Made by a program: the position numbers and the translations under genes. Shown here piece by piece: positions 48,450 through 61,806 of a stretch of DNA of 64,000 nucleotides (position 1 is the stretch's first letter; every line of letters begins with the position of its first letter). The stretch is from positions 9,674,001 through 9,738,000 of the forward strand of contig NC_045697.1 in assembly GCF_009834535.1 (NCBI RefSeq), written 5' to 3'. The DNA is from Camelus ferus (lineage: Eukaryota). The notes under the pieces are model-generated. The model made no database searches, had not been told where the DNA came from, and saw only the letters and a program-made list of their open reading frames with translations.

Positions 48450-49339
48450 AAAAAAAAAGTTTTTGTCTTCTCTTAGCATTAAGGCCTTTCGTAACCCAAC
48501 CCCAGTTTCCCTCCCTATGATGGCCCTCCCTGGTCCCTTCACTAATATCCAAATTCTACTTGTCATTTCAGAAGCAGCTTTACCTAGACCCGAAGCCTGC
48601 CTTGGTCTCCGAGTCAGAAAGGCAGATCGTAAAAGGACATGACCTGTTTGCAGAAGAATGAGAAGTTTAATGTGTTCCCCAGCTTTAGACCAGAATGCCC
48701 TTCGGCCACCTCGCCATCTGGCCTGAATGCCAGCTCCATGTTGCGTTAAGCACGCCTTTCTCCAAGAGTCATCAGCGCTTAGTTCATGCATCTGGCATAG
48801 GGCTCCGCACAGTGCACTGCATTGCATAGATTCCATCTTCCTCTTATGCTCAGAAAATATCTGATATATGACAGAATGGACACGTGGGAGCATCTTCCCC
48901 ACTGAATCATGGGACTCGTGAGAGTAGCATCCTTATATTGTTCATTTGTGCCCTTCCTTCTGTGCTTGGCATATTGTTTTCAACAGAATAGGTGCTCCGT
49001 AGTATAAAAGAGACACACTAGCATCCATCAGATTGCTACGAATGATCATGCGTTTGTCACATTCTACATGTCATTTGGTGCCTCTTGAAAACAGAGACAA
49101 ACTGACTATTTGATAACACAGAGATCTTACCAGATGCAGGAGGAGTGCGAGGAAAAATATCTGCTGGACTAACACAGATGTTACTGTGTCAAAATACTCA
49201 AAAATTAAATACTGCGTAGGCTGTGTAACTGATAGAGCAGCGACTATGAAAGGGCAAATCAACACCTGTGCAAAAAGAATCATCCAGCCCATTTTGGTGA
49301 AGTAGAGTCATTAGTCTTGACCTGAGAAAGTTAATGCTG

Positions 49340-49620
49340 ATGGCAATAATAGCTACTGCCTTTTAGGGATTTACCAGGTGCCAAATGTTGCTAAACTCTT
49401 TAGAATATTAGCATCTCAAATCCTCTCAATAGCCCCGTGAGGAAAGAACCATCATCATCATCATCATCATCATCATTATTATTCCCATTCCATGTCCCGA
49501 TTTGGAGATGGAGTTTCAGAGAGGTACAATAATTTGCCCAAAGTTGCAGAGCTGGTAGGTAAAAGAGTCAGATTCAAATTCAGGTCTGCTGCTCTCAAAG
49601 CCCATGCTCGCACTAAGCTA
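49340..49620 (-). mobile_element. MIR SINE containing a (CAT)n repeat
   Basis: tcctctcaatagccccgtgagg...tcagagaggtacaataatttgcccaaagt...gattcaaattcaggtctg. Confidence 0.75.
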
Positions 49621-49842
49621 GTCTGTTCCGTAGGTAAAATAAGAACGTCGGGTGATGTTTTAATTGAATTGAAGAGAGGATCGTCTATTACATAGACTCC
49701 AGTCTCCTCGTTTTACAAATAACAAAACTGAGCTCCAGAGAGGTGAAAAAAAATGCAGGGTCTTAGAATCTCATGACTGAAATGGACTGAAAAATTTACT
49801 CAAATACCCTTACATTCCAACTGCTGACTTAACATCTGCTTT

Positions 49843-50138
49843 GATTTTTAGCAGCTTTATTGAGATATGATTCACAAACCATATAACTTACCCATTTAAA
49901 GTTATAATTCAGTGGATTTTAAAGTAGTCACAGAGTTGTGTGACAATCACCATAGTCAAGTTTTAGAACGTTTTCATCACCCCCAAAAGAAACCCATTAG
50001 CAGCAGTCCACATCCCACCCCAGCCCCAGTCTTAGGCGACTGCAAATTTGTCTCTATGGATTTGCCTATTTGCATCACTTCATATAAATGCAACAATACA
50101 GTATGTGGTCTTATGTGACTGACTTCTTTTACTTGGCA
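49843..50138 (-). mobile_element. L1MB-type 3' end inserted in L2, with a 13-bp TSD
   Basis: cagctttattgagatatgattcaca...gtcacagagttgtgtgacaatcacca...ttttcatcacccccaaaagaaaccc; taacatctgcttt at 49830-49842 and 50139-50151. Confidence 0.88.
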
Positions 50139-50319
50139 TAACATCTGCTTTTGATATCTTGAAGTCACCTCAGATTCATATGTGGCAGCAAATCAGTGGC
50201 AGCAACAAGGAATGGCAGAGGGAGAGATCATTTTTTCATTCACTCTTCACTAGCCTCCCCTGCCCCATAAGCTACCCCCAAATGAACAACATCTAAGTTA
50301 GAACAGCATGCTTGATATT

Positions 50320-50748
50320 TGTGATGCATTGAACTGTGCTCCCCCCTCAAAGCACATGTGTTGGAGTCCCAAACCCCAGGACCTCAGAAAGTGAGTTCAT
50401 TTGGAGATAGGGTCTTCACTGAGGTAACACAATTAAAATGAAGGCTTTAGAAGGGGCTCTAGTCCAGTATAACTAGTGTCCTCATAAGGAGGGGAAATTT
50501 GAAAGCAGACACACACACAGGGCGAATGATGTGGGAAGACTGAAGTTATGACATCACAAGCCAAAGAGCTCCCAGAAGCTGGGAGAAGGGCCTGGAGATT
50601 TTCCCTCAGAGCTCTCAGAATGAACCAGCCCTGTTGACACCTTGATTTTTGAACTTCTAGCCTCCGGAACTGTAAGATAATAAACTTCTGTTATTTAAAC
50701 CACCCAGTTTGTGGTACTTTGTTAGAGCAGTGCTAGTAAACTAATATA
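50320..50748 (+). mobile_element. MLT1B-like MaLR solo LTR, full length
   Basis: tgtgatgcattgaactgtg...ccccaggacctcagaa...tttggagatagggtctt...cttctagcctccggaactgtaagataataaacttctgtt...gtggtactttgtta...aaactaatata. Confidence 0.9.
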
Positions 50749-51694
50749 ATATGTAAACACAGCTTCTGTCCAAGTCTCCTTGTCAAGTCCTCCACCCCAG
50801 CCAAAGTCTGAAAATCACCATTTCTCTAAAATTAAATCCGTGAGATTTTCACCCAGTCCAGGCCTTCTTCCAAAGCTCCCTATCTTAGGCAATGGCACTA
50901 CTATCCAAACAATTGTGCAAGTCAGAATTCTACAAGTCACCACTGACTCCCCACCCCCTGATCTCTCACACATACACACAACATGTACACAGAGATCTCT
51001 AGGCGAAGAGTTTTATAAAAGGATTCTAACAAGACTTTGAAGACAAACAATGCCAAGACTGTTTAAAATATTCTAGATCAATAAAACTGTAACTTGCAAA
51101 TTCTTTTATGAAATCAGCAAATTATTATCATTACCTGAAAAAAAAAAGAAAAGAGTATCACAGAATCTCAGCAAGGATTATCCACACAAATATACAGTGA
51201 ATAATCTATTATGAGTAAGTATAAATTTGTTCAGGAATGCAGGTCTACTTCCTCTCAATCTACTGGCCCAGAATGTTATTACACAAGAAAATCAGGCCAA
51301 TATGACTTGCCTGTTTAAACCCTGTATTGCATATCACTCTGTAACCTAATTTATTCTCAATATTTCTAAATGGTTTTTTCATGGTTTTATCAGGAATCTT
51401 TATAAGTCATTTTTGGCTCTGGACACCATGTTTTTCCCTTTTTAAAATACACTAATGGTGTTGCCAAAACTTAAGCTATTGAAATGTCTATCTACACAGA
51501 GCCTTTTGCCAATATAGGTGCAGAAGAGACCCTCACTGCCAACATTTAATGGAGGTGGCCAGTTACATAACAGTCAAAAACAAACTTTCCTGCATATGAC
51601 TTTGAATTTTAAAGCCAAAAATCCACTTACTGGGAAAAAATTTCCTGGAAAAATTTCTTAGATCTGAAATTCAAACCAACTCAATGTCACTGCT

Positions 51695-51940
51695 ATGATT
51701 ATCTATTACTGTGTAACAAAATTATCCCCTGAATGGAAGAAAAATTTATTAGTATCTTCCCTGGTCCAGCAGATTGAGCGAGCCCCACTGGTTGGTTCTC
51801 CCACTGGGTCTCTCATGCGGTTGCAGCCTGTGGACAGTGACCTATGCTGATCTAAAGCCTTACTTGGGGTGCAGGTCCAGGATGGCTCACTCACATGGCT
51901 GGCAATTGATGCAGGCTATTGGCAGGGAGCTCAGAGGGGA
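51695..51940 (-). mobile_element. MLT1H-like MaLR LTR fragment
   Basis: atctattactgtgtaacaaa...ctgggtctctcatgcggttgcag...gtccaggatggctcactcacatggctggca. Confidence 0.7.
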
Positions 51941-52184
51941 TGGTTGTGCAAGACACTCTTTGAAACTCATGTAGTCAGTGCTGTCAGAGAGGTAAGTCCA
52001 GGGACTTTAACAGGCACGGCAGCCAACAACTGACTGCAGCAGCCCACTGTCAGCTCCATTAGAACGTCTACAGCACAAAGACACATCATCGAAAGCCCTT
52101 TAAAGTTATGCAAGGATCCTATGACATTCAGAAGTCTGGTTCTCAGTCCTGTGCGGAAACCTCTAGAACACCACTTCTGACATC

Positions 52185-52390
52185 CTTGGAGTGAAAACTC
52201 AGCTTTGAGTTGGAGAAGCCTGGGTTCCCAGCTAGTATATTTGGCAACTTTCTAAACTTCCTCTTTAAAAGAGAGATAGCATTATCCAACTTGCAAAGTT
52301 GTGCTGAGATAAAAAAAGGTACTTTGTACACTGCTTGGTATCTGGTAGGGGGTTAATGAATGATAATCATTATCATCACCATTAACATCA
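52185..52390 (+). mobile_element. MIR SINE
   Basis: gctttgagttggagaagcctgggttcc...aaggtactttgtacactg. Confidence 0.55.
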
Positions 52391-53039
52391 CTGTTTTGCA
52401 GAGAAAAGAAAGACTATATTTGGAAAAAAAGAAATTATTTTTTAATATTTTGAACGTCTATAGCCTGAGATGCCATGTTACGCCCTTCTTTTATTTTACC
52501 ATGGGTTTCATTTTCATAAAAAGTCCAATAGACTATTGGAGCTATGTTATCTCATTTTGTTTCCCATCTGAACGTATTTTCAATCCATGTATGGGAAAAA
52601 GTGTTTGCGCGTGTTTGTGTATGTGTAAGCACAGGGAAAAGATTGGAAGAGTATAGAACAATGTTAAAACTGATCATCTTTGGATGATAAGATTAGTCAC
52701 ACCTTTACAATTTCCCCCACATTACAAAGTGTTTATAATAAGCAATACCCTTAAATCACCCAAAAGAATAACGAGCACAATGTGTTTCCATATATGTCAG
52801 ACTTCTTGGCCAGATTATAAAATATAAAGCACAATATAATTACTTTTCTTGCTGCCTTGTGGAGCCTATAAACAATGGAATATAGCATTTCTGTGGCTGA
52901 AATGCCCATTAATTTATCCTCCATCATCTCTCCATCTGCAGTCAACAAGCAGACATTGAGACATGCAATTTGCCAGACACTCTGACAGACGCTGAAGATG
53001 CTCAGATGAAATGAGACCCTTAACTCCTCTTAAAAAACT

Positions 53040-53460
53040 CTACTCATTCCTGAAGCTTCCCCTGCCTGTCAGCTTCCGGGGCAACCTTCCCTCAGTCCTC
53101 CCTACAGGTCTCTCCCTCTTTGTCACCCCTGGCAGTGTGGCTGGTATGTCTACACCTCTGCCACAGTTCTCACTACAGCTTGAGCTGTGTCAGAGGAACC
53201 AGGGCTTGTGCTCTTGCCTCAGTGGACCGTGCGCTCCTTGGAGGCAGGGACTGACTCTCTGTCACTCTTCACTCTGATTCATTCACTAGCTCTAGTAGGA
53301 CCCAAAGTTGAGTGCTGAATTGAATGTTGTTCAACTCCCTCATTTTATAGCTTTTAAGTAACTCAAACCAAGAGGTTTTGACTTGCCTGGAGTCACACAG
53401 CAGAGCCAGAGCTAGAATTTTTGCTCCTTCCTCTCCAACAAGTACTACTGTGTTCCACCA
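53040..53460. mobile_element. L2 3' end (+) followed by MIR (-)
   Basis: gctccttggaggcagggact...tgctgaattgaatg; cattttatag...acttgcctggagtcacacagcagagccagagctagaa. Confidence 0.6.
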
Positions 53461-53689
53461 GCCAATGCTACGGCCAACTGGGACACGTGGGGCTTGTAGA
53501 TGGTGGGACATGAGCCAGGTGCACGTCTGTCCATGGGAGTGCAGACAAGTTCTCCTAGGATCCTTCTTCACAACTGCCTTTCTCACCAAATCCCCACCTG
53601 GTGGTGTGGCCCCACTGGGGAGAGTCTGACAGCTTAGATGAGGTAGTTTCACAGCTGGAAACACGATGGTACTAATACATCTTGGAAGT

Positions 53690-53880
53690 GGCAGAGCAGA
53701 AAAGTGCTGGGCTCTGGGTTAAGGAGGCTTGGGTTTGGACTATATTTCTTTGGCTTACTAGCTTTTTGATCTTGGGTTATCACTTCTCTTTTGAGTCTCA
53801 GTTTTTTCATACATTAAATGGGAGTTACAACATCTACCTGGAAGATACATAATAGGTGCCCAGTTATGTATCACTAGTAT
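53690..53880 (+). mobile_element. MIR SINE
   Basis: cttactagctttttgatcttggg...gagtctcagttttttcat...aaatgggag. Confidence 0.65.
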
Positions 53881-55354
53881 TTCTGATAATGACAGGGGCC
53901 CTGGATGTGTACAAATTTAAGATCCTCTCATACCAAATATCCACTCTCAATTACATCTTTCATCCTCTGCCCTGTGGATAAGACTCTGGGGACTGAAATC
54001 CATGATTCCTGCCTGGATAAGACCTTTTCCTTGAGTTCTTAAGGAACCACCATTGGAGAGTCCCTACAGGTTGGGGTAGGTACCTTTCAACTTGTAGCTA
54101 CTTGGGGCTCTCACACACTCTCTCCGCCTCTTACCTGGAATCCCCGTCTGCTACATATTTGCTTGAAGGAGATATTCAAATGAGACAATATATCAAAAAC
54201 AGTATATTCATTCAATATCTTCAGAGTGCATTTTTACTTGCTCTAGGTGCACTGAGAAGAGAACCATTAGGAGGATTTAGGAGTGTTTAGTATCTCCTGA
54301 AAGAAATGATATTTGGGCTGCACTTATAGGCGATGGGGCATACCTAGGATCAGGGGGTTAGTCCACTCACTCATGTAGCCCTAGATGACATGAATGGAAT
54401 TCAGCATAGATACTGTGGAGAAACAGTATGGTGATATGGGAAGAGTGGGTGTGACAGCAGACAGATGCTGTTAAATTGCAATGATGTCCCAGGTTTCCTC
54501 CGACCTTGTACCCACTCTTTGCACACAACTTTGCAGTGCTGTCTCACTCTGAGCTAGCCCGCACAGGCTCATGTGTGATGACAGAGGTACAAGAGGGCAA
54601 AGCCCAGAGCACAAGGCCATTTCAAAACACTACTGTGTCAGGTCTGCTAACAGCCTATTGGTCAGAGCATGTCACATGGTAAGGGCCTGGCAGAAAAGTA
54701 GCAGGACTAAAGTAGCCTCTAAGAGCCAGCAGACTTGTATACAATTACCCAGAGAAGGAGATGAAAGCTAGGGCAGCCCCTCTGGTGCACCAGCTCCTGT
54801 CTTCCTATCCAGTCAACTTCTACCATGTCTGCACAATAGAAATTAAGAAAAGGGCATGGAGGAGGATGGTTAGTGAGAGCCCCTGTTCTCTCTCACTCAT
54901 TGTGACTTAAGCACATCACTGCATCTTGCTTGTTCTCCATTTTTCCTCTAGTGGAAAATGGTGAACATGCAAGTCCTTGCTCTAAACTCTTCCCGTGTTT
55001 TGTCTTCTTTATTTTGCTTAAGAAAGAGCTTATTGAACACAGGATACTCAACCAAGGCTTTCAGTGGCTCCTCATGATCTACCAATAAATTCCAAACACC
55101 TTAGCTAGACGTTCAATGGCCCCCACGATCTGAGCACTCTCTACTTCCTAAGCTATTTACACTCTGCTCTGTATTGGGGCTATTTCTGCAGGAATCTTAT
55201 CTTGACTATTCAACCATGAGCTTCTGTAGCACAGGGGTTGGGAGTTATCTGGCATTTATCAAAGAGCCTGGCTCATAGTAGGCACTTATTATATTTTTGA
55301 CTGATTTTGAGATAAAGCATTAAACAACTCCAAGACATGGCTAGTGTAATCATC

Positions 55355-55570
55355 TCTGTAGTGGAAAAGGCACTGGGTGTGGAGTCAGAAGACCTAGTTC
55401 TAGGTATTGATTCTGCTTATTTCTTCTGGGTGACCTTGGGAACATCGTTTATTCCCCTCAAGCATCAATATTCTTATTTGGTAGATGGAAGTGATAATAT
55501 CAATTTTACTGGTTATTGTGGGGAGAAAATGAAGTTGCAAATTGAAAGGCAAAAGTGCAGTGCATCTTAT
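55355..55570 (+). mobile_element. MIR SINE
   Basis: gtagtggaaaaggcactgggtgtggagtcagaagacctagttctag...gtgaccttggg. Confidence 0.75.
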
Positions 55571-57179
55571 AAAGAGATGCCACTAGACTAGAGCTATTAT
55601 TTGAACCAGAGCCTTTGAAGAAGTCAAGCCTGTCACTACCTGACCTGTGACAATGCAGAATTTAACAGGGCTTTTCCCCCACTAAGATCAGTTAAGTAAG
55701 GGTTCTTTTGCAAAACTAAATAAAAGTCACATTTTACTTCAGCAAACTGTAGATCTTAAAACTAGAGGTAACCCCATCAAGTCAAAGACTTTAGATGAGA
55801 TGAATGAACGGCTTTGTTGGAAGTAAAATGTAAGAGGTAATAGGCATCCTCATACCCGCTTTACAGCAAGACCACTAGGACCCATGGAGGCCAGGTGACT
55901 TGCACAAGCCAACAAGTTATGAATTATACAAAAGATATCAGGAGGGAAGAAAAACGTATCTCTATTGTATTCACACACAGAGCTGTGTTTAGTTACTCAG
56001 GTCATGGGAACACTTTCTGTGGCTGCTCCAGTCTGTCAAGATATAAATCTCTCAGAGAGCAGCATTGAAGTGAAGGGAGCTTTCACTAAGGGCAAAACCA
56101 GCCAAGAATTTCCCACGTGAAAACTGATCGGTAACCGACACAATTTGGCACCATGGCAGAAGTGAAGACTTTGGTCTTTTTCTATCACACAGTCCAGCTC
56201 ACCAGCAGTTCAAACCTGATTCCACGGGCAACTTGGAACTCAGGTGGCTCCACAGTGGGTAGATCCTCTGTCCCACAGACCGAGGCTTACTGCTCTGGGG
56301 AGAGACCCAAGTGCTGAGAAAGGAGGAGGAGGGCCTGAGTGCAGAGGGCCGCTCCACCTCCCAGCCTGGGGCCCTTTTCCATTCAGGTTTTGCAGGTATC
56401 CTGCTGGCAGCTGCCCCATTTCCTCCTGCAGCCTCCTCCTAACTGCCCCTGAAATCCCTGCCAGCCAAAGAGGGGGTGGCCCTAAATCAGGAGTCATCCT
56501 CTCTGGTCATTCATGTTTAAACTTGAACTATAACTACACTCCCAGCCACTGTGGCCTGGCAGCTTTGGGTTGCAGTCGGCCTTGCCAGGAAGCAAAAGAA
56601 GTGGCTACCTTCATGAGCACAGGTGGGAAGGCTGAGCAGGTCTTTGTTTAGGAAGCACTGCCCTTAGACTTAAATCTGCCTAAAATCCTTTCACTCAATA
56701 TTTACAACTTCAATCTAGCTTCCTTTGAGAATCCTACAAAAGAATATCCTTGGGTGAAGATTCCCACGGGACACTGTTCAGGCATTCTTAGGGGTTGCAG
56801 AGAGAAGTGCAGAGGCTCAGATGGTTAAGGAACTTGCCGAAGGTCAACCAGCAAGTTAGCATCAGGCTACACACAAAAACCAAGTTTTCCAGCCCACTTT
56901 CCACTGGGCCGTACTCACTTCCTCAGTAACATCTCAGCAAAGAGTGTTGCAGAGGTACTTGGCTATTGGCAGAGAGACAGTCAGAAAACAAAGACAAAAG
57001 TGGCCCAGCGGAATAGGTGCCACACCTCCCTCTTAGCATCTGGTGGTTTGGTGGCAATCCAAGAGGAGATACTGAGTAGGTAGTTGGAAGTACAGGAAAG
57101 AATGGGGTTTTCTTGGCACAACTATTTCACAGGCCCTACTAAGTGATTTGCAGTCTTTGGAATTTGAGATACAAATGTG

Positions 57180-57560
57180 AATTACAGAAGACGTTCTTAG
57201 TTGCATAACTAACCCCACTCTGCTTCCTTCCTCCTTAAAGGAAAGTCCTTGATTTTGTTCATGTTAATCTTCTCATGATCTCAAGGAAGATGGCTCCAGG
57301 CTAGACTCAAGAAAGGAATATTGATCAGTCCAAGCCAATAAAGGCAATTCTATTTCTTTTGACAGGGCTGGATTCAGGCATGGCCATGTGACTCAACCTT
57401 GGCCAATGAGGCACAAAGGGGAAGTCCATTGGGGGTTTCTGTAAAAGATTTTCTTCCCTGATGAAAAGAGACAGGTGAGAAGAAACTTGTTTTCTTCTTG
57501 ACATAATGGTGTGAGAATGTGGGGACTGGCATTACAGCAGCTATCTTGATATCATGAGCA
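57180..57560 (+). mobile_element. MLT1J-like MaLR LTR
   Basis: aagccaat...ggcatggccatgtgactcaaccttggccaatgag...ggaagtc...cagcagctatcttg...catgag. Confidence 0.7.
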
Positions 57561-58389
57561 CATGCAATGTGATTTCTGCATTTGGTTGAAATACTGACTA
57601 TAAAGAGGTGTTGGGTAAGAGTGAATCAGTTGCAGGCGCCCTTCACTAATGAGGAGGCTATAAGTTTGGGTTAGAAAATACATGGAATTCATGCCACCAC
57701 TCTGTCCCTTGCCTAGTGCAGACATTACTAATCAATCATGATACCCATGTCCATTAGACACTAGAACTAGCCTTGAGAGCCTTCTCTTTACAAGCCTTTA
57801 GGTAGCAACTAATAGTAGTCAATATGGCATATGGGATGAAATCTATCTGCCATTTTGGACCTGAAGTCTAGAATAGGCTCAAGCTGCAGGCAGTAAGCAT
57901 TAGTATGAGAGTCAACAATTGGGTTGAGGTGATAAAGGGATTGTCTATAAAACTGTTCATTAATGCATCCATTTCACAAATTCTTATTAAATATTCTATG
58001 AGCTGAACAATGTCACAAATAAGACATAGTCTTGCTAAGACCATGTGGGCTAAATATTGAGGTAGGTAAGTTAACAAACAATCACAGTCCTGAACTGTAG
58101 ATGCTTTGCTAGGGTTAAACTATGGAGGTTGTGGAAACACCCAGTAAGTGTCACAAACCCATCCTCAGTGGAGTTAGGTATGAAGGGTAGCCTCTTGAGT
58201 CAGGCAACACAGCAACCCTGACTTGTAGTCCTGCACAGGTCCATTTTATAGACATGGACTGAGGGCTTTTCCACATCTGTCTCCTGCTATTGGTGGAATG
58301 CTACCACCTTAGGGTTTGTTTTTGTCACCTTTATGTGTGTTTTACTGTAATGAGCTCCATTACTTTGTGTTACACCTGTTATTCCTTTG

Positions 58390-58770
58390 AGAATTCATTC
58401 AGTTGATCACTCTGAAAGGCTGTTGCATTTCTATTAGGTGTAAGATATTGTGCTGGATACTGGTTGTTCCTTATCAAGAATTACAAGGTCTCTGTCCCCA
58501 TGGCACATACATTTTATTAAGTGTAGACAAATGATGAACAAAGAAATCAACAAAAAAATATCAGGTAGTAGTGAGTGCTGGGGTGTAAGTAAAACAGAGT
58601 GATGTGATGGAAAGTGACTTGGTCCTGCAAAGTTGAGAGATCAGCAAAGTCCCCTCTGTAGTGATGACATTTTGGGCAAGGCCTGAATGATGAGGAGGAG
58701 TCAGGCATGCAAGGTCTGATAGAAGAATGTTCTAAGCCATATAATCAGTGAGCACAGTCCTGAGTCCTTT
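58390..58770 (-). mobile_element. L2a-like 3' fragment
   Basis: attcattca...gatattgtgctggatactgg...aaggtctctgtcccc...gatgacattttgggcaaggcctgaatgatgaggaggagtcagg. Confidence 0.7.
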
Positions 58771-58789
58771 CCATGTAGTTTCGATATCC

Positions 58790-59171
58790 AGAGGTCCCCA
58801 TATCTTCTGCCTCTAAGCTGGAGACCCAGAATGTCTGGTGGTGTAATTCTAGTCTGAGTCCAAAGACTCCAAGAACCAGAAGAGTTGATGGCATAAATCC
58901 CCATCCGAGGCAGGAGAAGACCAATGTCCCAGCTCAAGTAGGCAGGCAGGAAGCAAAACGGGGAAAATTCCTCCTTCATCTGCTCTTTATTCTATTCAGG
59001 TCTTCAAGGTATTGAATGATTCCCATCTACGTTGGGGAAGGCAATCTGCTTTACTGAGCCCACCAATTTAGAAGCTGTCATCCAGAAACACCCTCACAGA
59101 TACAACCAGAAGTAATGCTTAACCTGCGCACCCCATGGCCCAGACAAGCTGACACCTTAAATTAGCCATCA
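58790..59171 (-). mobile_element. MLT2C/D-like ERVL LTR
   Basis: aagctggagacccag...tgtcccagctcaag...ggggaaggcaatctgctttactgag...ccagaaacaccctcacaga...ggcccagacaagctgacac. Confidence 0.85.
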
Positions 59172-59954
59172 TGCCTCACATCTTTGTAATACATTCCCCA
59201 ATACATGACCATTCAGTCGTATTACTATGACTAATACAGCAATGCTGGCCATGGATGCATTAGCCCCAAGAGCCTCATCGCTCCAAGCTTAGACTTACTT
59301 AACTCTTGCTCTTGGTCTTAGTTGCTCCCCTACCTATTCAACTGATAAGGAATTTTATCTTTTCCTGGGGTTTTGGTTTAAGGAAAAGAAGCTAGTACTC
59401 TGGCAGATTTTCTAGGGAGATCAACCCACAAAATTACAGGCCTTGTCTTTCCCATTGTTCCACGTCCAACCTCCTCTTCCAGTGCTCCTCTGATACTGAG
59501 CGTTAGCCAAGAGTCAGAGTCACACTTTAATGAAGAACCGTTAATCATCTCAGGCTCCTCCATGGAAAGGATAGGAGAAACTGCCAGCATTTTTAACTCT
59601 TTATCCCTATTTGCCCACTATGTAAGGCTTTTATTCTTCCTGCAGTCCATGATGCCCCATCTCAAGCGATGGACAGTGGAGCATATTTCAGGCCTGAGTT
59701 TTCCAGTGTGTGTTATCAGGTTGTGTTCTGCAAAGCATCAATAGGTGTTCTATATCCAAAATAAGCAAAGCAGAAATGAGGGGCATCTATTGTTCTATAC
59801 ACTTGGAGAACGTTATACATGTTTCTTTACTTCTGTATTTACTTACCTCTAGACATACCAGAGCCACTAATAATATATTAATGTGTTAACACATGTAAAC
59901 ACTGTGAGTGGTATCTGGCACATAGTAAGTGCTCATTAAATGTTAGCTCTTTTA

Positions 59955-60295
59955 TCTGTCAGGATAAGCTAGATTATGCTTCTATAACAAGCAAACCCAA
60001 AAATCTCAGTGGCTTAGAACAGCAAAAACTTACTTCTTGTTCATCCTTCATGTCCCTCCCACGCTAGACATGGAGTCATTGGAGTACGGGGAGTCGTCTT
60101 CATTTAGGGAATGCCACTAGTCATAGAGACAGGGTGAAAAGCAAATTTTAGAGATAAACACTAGCAGTTACACATCACTTCCACTCACATTTCATTGGTC
60201 CACACAAGCCATGTGTCCATGCCTAATTTAAACAGCAGGAACGATTCATTCATTTAGTATTAAAGATGGGGTATTGGTGAGTGGTAGTAAGGCTT
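59955..60295 (-). mobile_element. Old MaLR LTR (MLT1I/L-like)
   Basis: ggataagctagattatgct...aaatctcagtggcttagaac...catcacttccactcacatttcattggtc. Confidence 0.7.
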
Positions 60296-61248
60296 ATGTC
60301 AGCAATCACCTATGTTTCTAATTTTTAAAATTTCTATTATTATTTTTATTATTATCCCTATCACTATGGTTCCCTAGGAATCAAGTTTCATATTTTCAAA
60401 TTACTCAACAAAAGAACCACTCTTTCTTAGAACACAGATTGATAATGAACATAGCTTGGATAATGCTCTCCTATGAATCACTCAGGATGACTCCCACATT
60501 AGTCCACCCCTCCAGTACTTTGCTTACACTTGTCTCACCTCCTTGGTCCTGAATTCTTCGCTCTGTGCCCTGACTTTAGACCTCTGATTTAGAGATCATC
60601 CAGCCTCTCCTTCTGGCACTTTGGGTCTGGGCCCATCAGTCAATTTTCAACCTTGCCTTTGTCCCCCTCGGCATTCACCCGGCTCTCTGGTCCTACTCCC
60701 ATCTCCACTCAGTACCTCCCACCTCACCCTACACATACATTCCCACCTTGGCAAGCCCTGTCTCCAACTTCAACCAAAGGAAAAAGAGAAAAATTTGGAC
60801 AATCAGCCAGCAGCAAAGATTTTGTTGCTATGTGTACAGATTGACGATCACACAAAAAGATCCAATATATCTTCAAAAAAATTTCAGCTTCCAGCAATTT
60901 CCTAGAATAATAATTGGGTCTCCATGGGGTGGGGGAAGAGTTTGTGTCCCTCATTTCCCCTTTTGCAGTTGGCTATTCTGGGTGGAAAAGTTGAAGGAAA
61001 TGACTATAATGGCATGATGTTGGCCCACTTAAAACTTCTATTATGAAACCAAGTTGCATAAGCTGTAAGAGAAAATAAGTTATATTCTCAGGAACAAATT
61101 CTAGTGAATCAGCTCATTTCAGCCTCACATCTTCATCTGTCTCTGAAGTGGCTTATTTAAATTTTAATAGAAAACGTTTGATGTGGGGCTCAAGTGGAGG
61201 GAATGAAAATAACACTGTTTATCCCCAAGATAAAACTGTGTTGGGAGC

Positions 61249-61254
<6 letters not shown>

Positions 61255-61279
<25 letters not shown>
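61255..61279. repeat. (AG)n microsatellite
   Basis: Read directly from the sequence. Confidence 0.95.
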
Positions 61280-61806
61280 AATACGATGCTAATTTCTTGG
61301 AAACAAACCTCCTATGTCCCACTTCGTAGGGACTGGACAAAGCAATATAAAGTCTATTGTACTGAACAAAAGCAACGATGGTACATTTAGAGACTCACCA
61401 TCCCTTTTTATTTGGCTTTTAAAAAAATCGTTCAAGGAAGAAAAGTGCCCTTGGGGGAAAGTGAGAAAAGCTTGCAAAACAAAGTTTTGTCACCATCACA
61501 GGGTAGTTTGGTGGGAGGGGGCGGGGGGAGGAATAGGAGATAGGATGGGGTAGAGGCAAGGTCTTTCATGGGCTTGGAAGTAAAATAAATCTGTGTTCCA
61601 ATACAGACTTTGCCCCTTACTTGGTATGTGACATTGAAAAAGTCAATAACAGTATCAGAGTGCAGATTATTATCTCAAACAAAAAGAATCCTAACAGCTA
61701 CTTTATGGTGCTGTCATGGAAAGGAATGGCTGTGACGTAGCCAATTATTTGCCTAGACCATCCAACTCCAGAGGACCGCATCTCAGGTACCTTCACACTC
61801 TCCAGA

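Noticed and set aside
49071..49292. Hydrophobic 73-aa ORF resembling a small membrane protein
   Set aside because: T-rich strands give hydrophobic translations by chance; no splice or homology support.
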